Positions 54,501 to 64,000 of a DNA stretch of 64,000 bases are shown one piece after another. Below the pieces are notes generated by a model that worked only from the letters and a program-made list of their open reading frames with translations, was not told where the DNA came from and did not search any database. The translations under genes and the position numbers were made by a program. The stretch comes from Eledone cirrhosa (Eukaryota), in contig OZ024750.1 in assembly GCA_964016885.1 (NCBI GenBank), forward strand, positions 39,866,001 to 39,930,000, given 5' to 3'. Position 1 is the first letter of the stretch, and each line of letters begins with the position of its first letter.

Positions 54501-57500
54501 TAGAAGCCTGTATTGTTTGTGTCTCGCTGTCCCACCGACCCTCAGTGTCTATAGACACCTCCCCCCAGTCAAAGAAGCCTGTATTGTTTGTGTCTCGCTG
54601 TCCCACCGACCCTCGGCGTCTATAGACACCTCCCCCCAGTCATAGAAGCCTGTATTGTTTGTGTCTCGCTGTCCCACCGACCCTCAGCGTCTATAGACCC
54701 CCCCTCCAGTCATAGAAGCCTGTATTGTTTGTGTCTCGCTGTCCCACCGACCCTCAGCGTCTATAGACACCTCCCCCCAGTCATAGAAGCCTGTATTGTT
54801 TGTGTCTCGCTGTCCCACCGACCCTCAGCGTCTATAGACCCCCCCCCCCAGTCATAGAAGCCTGTATTGTTTGTGTCTCGCTGTCCCACCGACCCTCAGT
54901 GTCTATAGACACCTCCCCCAGTCATAGAAGCCTGTATTGTTTGTGTCTCGCTGTCCCACCGACCCTCAGCGTCTATAGACCCCCCCCAGTCATAGAAGCC
55001 TGTATTGTTTGTGTCTCGCTGTCCCACCGACCCTCAGCGTCTATAGACACCTCCCCCTCCCCCAGTCATAGAAGCCTGTATTGTTTGTGTCTCGCTGTCC
55101 CACCGACCCTCGGCGTCTATAGACACCTCCCCCCAGTCATAGAAGCCTGTAAATTTTTGTGTCTCGCTGTCCCACCGACCCTCAGCGTCTATAGACCCCC
55201 CCCCAGTCATAGAAGCCTGTATTGTTTGTGTCTCGCTGTCCCACCGACCCTCGGCGTCTATAGACACCTCCCCCCAGTCATAGAAGCTTGTATTGTTTGT
55301 GTCTCGCTGTCCCAGCGATCCTCAGCGTCTATAGACACCTCCCCCCAGTCATAGAAGCCTGTATTCTTTGTGTCTCGCTGTCCCACCGACCCTCAGTGTC
55401 TATAGACACCTCCCCCCAGTCATAGAAGCCTGTATTCTTTGTGTCTCGCTGTCCCACCGACCCTCAGCGTCTATAGACCCCCCCCAGTCATAGAAGCCTG
55501 TATTGTTTGTGTCTCGCTGTCCCACCGACCCTCGGCGTCTATAGACACCTCCCCCCAGTCATAGAAGCTTGTATTGTTTGTCTCGCTGTCCCACCGACCC
55601 TCAGTGTCTATAGACCCCCCACCCCAGTCATAGAAGCCTGTATTGTTTGTGTCTCGCTGTCCCACCGACCCTCAGCGTCTATAGACACCTCCCCCCAGTG
55701 ATAGAAGCCTGTATTGTTTGTGTCTCGCTGTCCCTCCGAACCTCAGCGTCTATAGACACCTCCCCCCAGTCATAGAAGCCTGTATTGTTTGTGTCTCGCT
55801 GTCCCACCGACCCTCAGCGTCTATAGACACCTCCCCCCAGTCATAGAAGCCTGTATTGTTTGTGTCTCGCTGTCCCACCGACCCTCAGCGTCTATAGACA
55901 CCTCCCCCCAGTTATAGAAGCCTGTATTCTTTGTGTCTCGCTGTCCCACCGACCCTCAGCGTCTATAGACACCTCCCCCCAGTCATAGAAGCCTGTATTG
56001 TTTGTGTCTCGCTGTCCCACCGACCCTCAGCGTCTATAGACACCTCCCCCCCGTTATAGAAGCCTGTATTCTTTGTGTCTCGCTGTCCCACCGACCCTCA
56101 GCGTCTATAGACACCTCCCCCCAGTCATAGAAGCCTGTATTGTTTGTGTCTCGCTGTCCCACCGACCCTCGGCGTCTATAGACACCTCCCCCCAGTCATA
56201 GAAGCCTGTATTGTTTGTGTCTCGCTGTCCCACCGACCCTCAGCGTCTATAGACCCCCCCTCCAGTCATAGAAGCCTGTATTGTTTGTGTCTCGCTGTCC
56301 CACCGACCCTCAGTGTCTATAGACACCTCCCCCCAGTCATAGAAGCCTGTATTGTTTGTGTCTCGCTGTCCCACCGACCCTCAGCGTCTATAGACCCCCC
56401 CCCAGTCATAGAAGCCTGTATTGTTTGTGTCTCGCTGTCCCACCGACCCTCAGCGTCTATAGACACCTCCCCCCAGTCATAGAAGCCTGTATTGTTTGTG
56501 TCTCGCTGTCCCACCGAACCTCAGCGTCTATAGACACCTCCCCCCAGTCATAGAAGCCTGTATTGTTTGTGTCTCGCTGTCCCACCGACCCTCGGCGTCT
56601 ATAGACACCTCCCCCCAGTCATAGAAGCCTGTTTTGTTTGTGTCTCGCTGTCCCACCGACCCTCAGCGTCTATAGACCCCCCCCCAGTCATAGAAGCCTG
56701 TATTGTTTGTGTCTCGCTGTCCCACCGACCCTCAGTGTCTATAGACACCTCCCCCCAGTCATAGAAGCCTGTATTGTTTGTGTCTCGCTGTCCCACCGAC
56801 CCTCAGCGTCTATAGACCCCCCCCAGTCATAGAAGCCTGTATTGTTTGTGTCTCGCTGTCCCACCGACCCTCAGCGTCTATAGACACCTCCCCCTAGTCA
56901 TAGAAGCCTGTATTGTTTGTGTCTCGCTGTCCCACCGACCCTCAGCGTCTATAGACACCTCCCCCTCCCCCAGTCATAGAAGCCTGTATTGTTTGTGTCT
57001 CGCTGTCCAACCGACCCTCGGCGTCTATAGACACCTCCCCCCAGTCATAGAAGCCTGTATTGTTTGTGTCTCGCTGTCCCACCGACCCTCAGCGCCTATA
57101 GACCCCCCCCCCCAGTCATAGAAGCCTGTATTGTTTGTGTCTCGCTGTCCCACCGACCCTCGGCGTCTATAGACACCTCCCCTCAGTCATAGAAGCTTGT
57201 ATTGTTTGTGTCTCGCTGTCCCACCGACCCTCAGCGTCTATAGACACCTCCCCCCAGTCATAGAAGCCTGTATTCTTTGTGTCTCTCTGTCCCACCGACC
57301 CTCAGCGTCTATAGACACCTCCCCCTCCCCCAGTCATAGAAGCTTGTATTGTTTGTCTCGCTGTCCCACCGACCCTCAGCGTCTATAGACACCGCCCCCC
57401 AGTCATAGAAGCCTGTATTCTTTGTGTCTCGCTGTCCCACCGACCCTCAGTGTCTATAGACCCCCCCCCCAGTCATAGAAGCCTGTATTGTTTGTGTCTC

Positions 57501-60500
57501 GCTGTCCCACCGACCCTCAGCGTCTATAGACACCTCCCCCCAGTCATAGAAGCCTGTATTGTTTGTGTCTCGCTGTCCCTCCGAACCTCAGCGTCTATAG
57601 ACACCTCCCCCAGTCATAGAAGCCTGTATTGTTTGTGTCTCGCTGTCCCACCGACCCTCAGCGTCTATAGACACCTCCCCCCAGTCATAGAAGCCTGTAT
57701 TGTTTGTGTCTCGCTGTCCCACCGACCCTCAGCGTCTATAGACACCTCCCCCCAGTTATAGAAGCCTGTATTCTTTGTGTCTCGCTGTCCCACCGACCCT
57801 CAGCGTCTATAGACACCTCCCCCCAGTCATAGAAGCCTGTATTGTTTGTGTCTCGCTGTCCCACCGACCCTCAGCGTCTATAGACACCTCTCCCCCGTTA
57901 TAGAAGCCTGTATTCTTTGTGTCTCACTGTCCCACCGACCCTCAGCGTCTATAGACACCTCCCCCCAGTCATAGAAGCCTGTATTCTTTGTGTCTCGCTG
58001 TCCCACCGACCCTCAGCGTCTATAGACACCTCCCCCCAGTCATAGAAGCCTGTATTGTTTGTGTCTCGCTGTCCCACCGACCCTCAGCGTCTATAGACAC
58101 CTCCCCCCAGTCATAGAAGCCTGTATTGTTTGTGTCTCGCTGTCCCTCCGAACCTCAGCGTCTATAGACACCTCCCCCCAGTCATAGAAGCCTGTATTGT
58201 TTGTGTCTCGCTGTCCCACCGACCCTCAGCGTCTATAGACACCTCCCCCCAGTCATAGAAGCCTGTATTGTTTGTGTCTCGCTGTCCCACCGACCCTCAG
58301 CGCCTATAGACCCCCCCCCCCAGTCATAGAAGCCTGTATTGTTTGTGTCTCGCTGTCCCACCGACCCTCAGCGTCTATAGACACCTCCCCCCAGTCATAG
58401 AAGCCTGTATTGTTTGTGTCTCGCTGTCCCTCCGAACCTCAGCGTCTATAGACACCTCCCCCCAGTCATAGAAGCCTGTATTGTTTGTGTCTCGCTGTCC
58501 CACCGACCCTCAGCGTCTATAGACACCTCCCCCCAGTCATAGAAGCCTGTATTGTTTGTGTCTCGCTGTCCCACCGACCCTCAGCGTCTATAGACCCCCC
58601 CCAGTCATAGAAGCCTGTATTGTTTGTGTCTCGCTGTCCCACCGACCCTCAGCGTCTATAGACACCTCCCCCCAGTCATAGAAGCCTGTATTGTTTGTGT
58701 CTCGCTGTCCCACCGACCCTCAGTGTCTATAGACACCTCCCCCCAGTCATAGAAGCCTGTATTGTTTGTGTCTCGCTGTCCCACCGACCCTCGGCGTCTA
58801 TAGACACCTCCCCCCAGTCATAGAAGCCTGTATTGTTTGTGTCTCGCTGTCCCACCGACCCTCAGCGTCTATAGACCCCCCCCCTCCAGTAATAGAAGCC
58901 TGTATTGTTTGTGTCTCGCTGTCCCACCGACACTCAGCGTCTATAGACACCTCCCTCCAGTCATAGAAGCCTGTATTGTTTGTGTCTCGCTGTCCCACCG
59001 ACCCTCAGCGTCTATAGACACCTCCCCCTCCCCCAGTCATAGAAGCCTGTATTGTTTGTGTCTCTCTGTCCCACCGACCCTCAGCGTCTATAGACACCTC
59101 CCCCTCCCCCAGTCATAGAAGCCTGTATTGTTTGTGTCTCGCTGTCCCACCGACCCTCGGCGTCTATAGACACCTCCCCCCAGTCATAGAAGCCTGTATT
59201 GTTTGTGTCTCGCTGTCCCACCGACCCTCAGCGTCTATAGACCCCCCCCCCCAGTCATAGAAGCCTGTATTGTTTGTGTCTCGCTGTCCCACCGACCCTC
59301 GGCGTCTATAGACACCTCCCCCCAGTCATAGAAGCCTGTATTGTTTGTGTCTCGCTGTCCCACCGACCCTCGGCGTCTATAGACACCTCCCCCCAGTCAT
59401 AGAAGCCTGTATTGTTTGTGTCTCGCTGTCCCACCGACCCTCAGCGTCTATAGACCCCCCCCCAGTCATAGAAGCCTGTATTGTTTGTGTTTCGCTGTCC
59501 CACCGACCCTCGGCGTCTATAGACACCTCCCCCCAGTCATAGAAGCCTGTATTGTTTGTGTCTCGCTGTCCCACCGACCCTCAGCGTCTATAGACCCCCC
59601 CCCCAGTCATAGAAGCCTGTATTGTTTGTGTCTCGCTGTCCCACCGACCCTCGGCGTCTATAGACACCTCCCCCCAGTCATAGAAGCTTGTATTGTTTGT
59701 GTCTCGCTGTCCCACCGACCCTCAGCGTCTATAGATACCTCCCCCCAGTCATAGAAGCCTGTATTCTTTGTGTCTCGCTGTCCCACCGACCCTCAGTGTC
59801 TATAGACACCTCCCCCCAGTCATAGAAGCCTGTATTCTTTGTGTCTCGCTGTCCCACCGACCCTCAGCGTCTATAGACCCCCCCCAGTCATAGAAGCCTG
59901 TATTGTTTGTGTCTCGCTGTCCCACCGACCCTCGGCGTCTATAGACACCTCCCCCCAGTCATAGAAGCTTGTATTGTTTGTCTCGCTGTCCCACCGACCC
60001 TCAGCGTCTATAGACACCTCCCCCCAGTCATAGAAGCCTGTATTCTTTGTGTCTCGCTGTCCCACCGACCCTCAGCGTCTATAGACCCCCCCCCCCCCAG
60101 TCATAGAAGCCTGTATTGTTTGTGTCTCGCTGTCCCACCGACCCTCAGCGTCTATAGACACCTCCCCCCAGTCATAGAAGCCTGTATTGTTTGTGTCTCG
60201 CTGTCCCTCCGAACCTCAGCGTCTATAGACACCTCCCCCCAGTCATAGAAGCCTTTATTGTTTGTGTCTCGCTGTCCCACCGACCCTCAGCGTCTATAGA
60301 CACCTCCCCCCAGTCATAGAAGCCTGTATTGTTTGTGTCTCGCTGTCCCACCGACCCTCAGCGTCTATAGACACCTCCCCCCAGTTATAGAAGCCTGTAT
60401 TCTTTGTGTCTCGCTGTCCCACCGACCCTCAGCGTCTATAGACACCTCCCCCCAGTCATAGAAGCCTGTATTGTTTGTGTCTCGCTGTCCCACCGACCCT

Positions 60501-63500
60501 CAGCGTCTATAGACACCTCTCCCCCGTTATAGAAGCCTGTATTCTTTGTGTCTCGCTGTCCCACCGACCCTCAGCGTCTATAGACACCTCCCCCAGTCAT
60601 AGAAGCCTGTATTGTTTGTGTCTCGCTGTCCCACCGACCCTCAGCGTCTATAGACACCTCCCCCCAGTCATAGAAGCCTGTATTGTTTGTGTCTCGCTGT
60701 CCCTCCGAACCTCAGCGTCTATAGACACCTCCCCCCAGTCATAGAAGCCTGTATTGTTTGTGTCTCGCTGTCCCACCGACCCTCAGCGTCTATAGACACC
60801 TCCCCCCAGTCATAGAAGCCTGTATTGTTTGTGTCTCGCTGTCCAACCGACCCTCAGCGTCTATAGACACCTCCCCCCAGTTATAGAAGCCTGTATTCTT
60901 TGTGTCTCGCTGTCCCACCGACCCTCAGCGTCTATAGACACCTCCCCCCAGTCATAGAAGCCTGTATTGTTTGTGTCTCGCTGTCCCACCGACCCTCAGC
61001 GTCTATAGACACCTCCCCCCCCCGTTATAGAAGCCTGTATTCTTTGTGTCTCGCTGTCCCACCGACCCTCAGCGTCTATAGACACCTCCCCCCAGTCATA
61101 GAAGCCTGTATTGTTTGTGTCTCGCTGTCCCACCGACCCTCAGCGTCTATAGACACCTCCCCCCAGTCATAGAAGCCTGTATTGTTTGTGTCTCGCTGTC
61201 CCACCGACCCTCAGCGTCTATAGACACCTCCCCCCAGTCATAGAAGCCTGTATTGTTTGTGTCTCGCTGTCCCTCCGAACCTCAGCGTCTATAGACACCT
61301 CCCCCCAGTCATAGAAGCCTGTATTGTTTGTGTCTCGCTGTCCCACCGACCCTCAGCGTCTATAGACACCTCCCCCCAGTCATAGAAGCCTGTATTGTTT
61401 GTGTCTCGCTGTCCCACCGACCCTCAGCGTCTATAGACACCTCCCCCCAGTTATAGAAGCCTGTATTCTTTGTGTCTCGCTGTCCCACCGACCCTCAGCG
61501 TCTGTAGACACCTCCCCCCAGTCATAGAAGCCTGTATTGTTTGTGTCTCGCTGTCCCACCGACCCTCAGCGTCTATAGACACCTCCCCCCAGTCATAGAA
61601 GCCTGTATTGTTTGTGTCTCGCTGTCTCTCCGAACCTCAGCGTCTATAGACACCTCCCCCCAGTCATAGAAGCCTGTATTGTTTGTGTCTCGCTGTCCCA
61701 CCGACCCTCAGCGTCTATAGACACCTCCCCCCAGTCATAGAAGCCTGTATTGTTTGTGTCTCGCTGTCCCTCCGAACCTCAGCGTCTATAGACACCTCCC
61801 CGCAGTCATAGAAGCCTGTATTGTTTGTGTCTCGCTGTCCCACCGACCCTCAGCGTCTATAGACACCTCCCCCCAGTCATAGAAGCCTGTATTGTTTGTG
61901 TCTCGCTGTCCCTCCGAACCTCAGCGTCTATAGACACCTCCCCCCAGTCATAGAAGCCTGTATTGTTTGTGTCTCGCTGTCCCACCGACCCTCAGCGTCT
62001 ATAGACCCCCCCCCCCAGTCATAGAAGCCTGTATTGTTTGTGTCTCGCTGTCCCACCGACCCTCAGCGTCTATAGACACCTCCCCCCAGTCATAGAAGCC
62101 TGTATTGTTTGTGTCTCGCTGTCCCACCGACCCTCAGCGTCTATAGACACCTCCCCCCAGTCATAGAAGCCTGTATTGTTTGTGTCTCGCTGTCCCACCG
62201 ACCCTCGGCGTCTATAGACACCTCCCCCCAGTCATAGAAGCCTGTATTGTTTGTGTCTCGCTGTCCCACCGACCCTCAGCGTCTATAGACCCCCCCCCCT
62301 CCAGTCATAGAAGCCTGTATTGTTTGTGTCTCGCTGTCCCACCGACCCTCAGCGTCTATAGACACCTCCCCCCAGTCATAGAAGCCTGTATTGTTTGTGT
62401 CTCGCTGTCCCACCGACCCTCGGCGTCTATAGACACCTCCCCCCAGTCATAGAAGCCTGTATTGTTTGTGTCTCGCTGTCCCACCGACCCTCAGCGTCTA
62501 TAGACCCCCCCCCCCCAGTCATAGAAGCCTGTATTGTTTGTGTCTCGCTGTCCCACCGACCCTCAGTGTCTATAGACACCTCCCCCCAGTCATAGAAGCC
62601 TGTATTGTTTGTGTCTCGCTGTTCCACCGACCCTCAGCGTCTATAGACCCCCCCCCCCAGTCATAGAAGCCTGTATTGTTTGTGTCTCGCTGTCCCACCG
62701 ACCCTCAGCGTCTATAGACACCTCCCCCCAGTCATAGAAGCCTGTATTGTTTGTGTCTCTCTGTCCCACCGACCCTCGGCGTCTATAGACACCTCCCCCC
62801 AGTCATAGAAGCCTGTATTGTTTGTGTCTCGCTGTCCCACCGACCCTCAGCGTCTATAGGCCCCCCCCAGTCATAGAAGCCTGTATTGTTTGTGTCTCGC
62901 TGTCCCACCGACCCTCAGCGTCTATAGACACCTCCCCCCAGTCATAGAAGCCTGTATTTTTTGTGTCTCGCTGTTCCACCGACCCTCAGCGTCTATAGAC
63001 CCCCCCCCCCCAGTCATAGAAGCCTGTATTGTTTGTGTCTCGCTGTCCCACCGACCCTCAGCGTCTATAGACACCTCCCCCCAGTCATAGAAGCCTGTAT
63101 TGTTTGTGTCTCTCTGTCCCACCGACCCTCAGCGTCTATAGACACCTCCCCCTCCCCCAGTCATAGAAGCCTGTATTGTTTGTGTCTCGCTGTCCCACCG
63201 TCCCTCGGCGTCTATAGACACCTCCCCCCAGTCATAGAAGCCTGTATTGTTTGTGTCTCGCTGTCCCACCGACCCTCAGCGTCTATAGACCCCCCCCCCA
63301 GTCATAGAAGCCTGTATTGTTTGTGTCTCGCTGTCCCACCGACCCTCGGCGTCTATAGATGCCTCTCCCCAGTCATAGAAGCTTGTATTGTTTGTATCTC
63401 GCTGTCCCACCGACCCTCAGCGTCTATAGACACCTCCCCCCAGTCATAGAAGCCTGTATTCTTTGTGTCTCGCTGTCCCACCGACCCTCAGTGTCTATAG

Positions 63501-64000
63501 ACACCTCCCCCCAGTCATAGAAGCCTGTATTCTTTGTGTCTCGCTGTCCCACCGACCCTCAGCGTCTATAGACCCCCCCCCCAGTCATAGAAGCCTGTAT
63601 TGTTTGTGTCTCGCTGTCCCACCGACCCTCGGCGTCTGTAGACACCTCCCCCCAGTCATAGAAGCTTGTATTGTTTGTCTCGCTGTCCCACCGACCCTCA
63701 GCGTCTATAGACACCTCCCCCCAGTCATAGAAGCCTGTATTCTTTGTGTCTCGCTGTCCCACCGACCCTCAGTGTCTATAGACCCCCCCCCCCAGTCATA
63801 GAAGCCTGTATTGTTTGTGTCTCGCTGTCCCACCGACCCTCAGCGTCTATGGACACCTCCCCCCAGTCATAGAAGCCTGTATTGTTTGTGTCTCGCTGTC
63901 ACTCCGAACCTCAGCGTCTATAGACACCTCCCCCCAGTCATAGAAGCCTGTATTGTTTGTGTCTCGCTGTCCCACCGACCCTCAGCGTCTATAGACACCT
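42541..64000. repeat. 71-bp tandem satellite, ~300 copies, continuing past the window end
   Basis: Unit CAGTCATAGAAGCCTGTATTGTTTGTGTCTCGCTGTCCCACCGACCCTCAGCGTCTATAGACACCTCCCCC (period e.g. 43201 to 43272). Confidence 0.99.

Noticed and set aside
42580-63801. Numerous ORFs (MCLAVPPT..., MGQRDT...) in the 71-bp array
   Set aside because: The unit length is not a multiple of 3 and frames break with poly-C length; satellite artefacts

Overview
AT-rich, repeat-dense animal genomic DNA. The SINE families and abundant (TA)n suggest a cephalopod/octopus (inference). There is one protein-coding gene, a + strand innexin: coding exons 24641-24989 and 35309-36217, plus a probable 8-nt coding first exon at 23244-23251. 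It has a 10.3-kb minisatellite-filled intron and is followed by a >21-kb 71-bp tandem array with nested higher-order duplications. The most notable signal is a cluster of hammerhead ribozymes (HHRs) in the first 15 kb. A 310-bp non-coding, hairpin-rich unit carrying a type I HHR is repeated about 6 times as two back-to-back tandem arrays, which fits a non-LTR retrozyme/circRNA-type element. Two unrelated solitary HHRs share the same architecture (covarying stems, U.U at the base of stem II, GUA cleavage triplet). There are also two minimal Penelope-type HHR cores and half-HHR foldbacks. Other content: RTE-type LINE fragments, two tRNA-SINE families, Tc1/mariner-, hAT- and piggyBac-type MITEs, a non-autonomous Helitron, several long palindromes and a 200-N gap. 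Most ORFs in the track are microsatellite or minisatellite artefacts.
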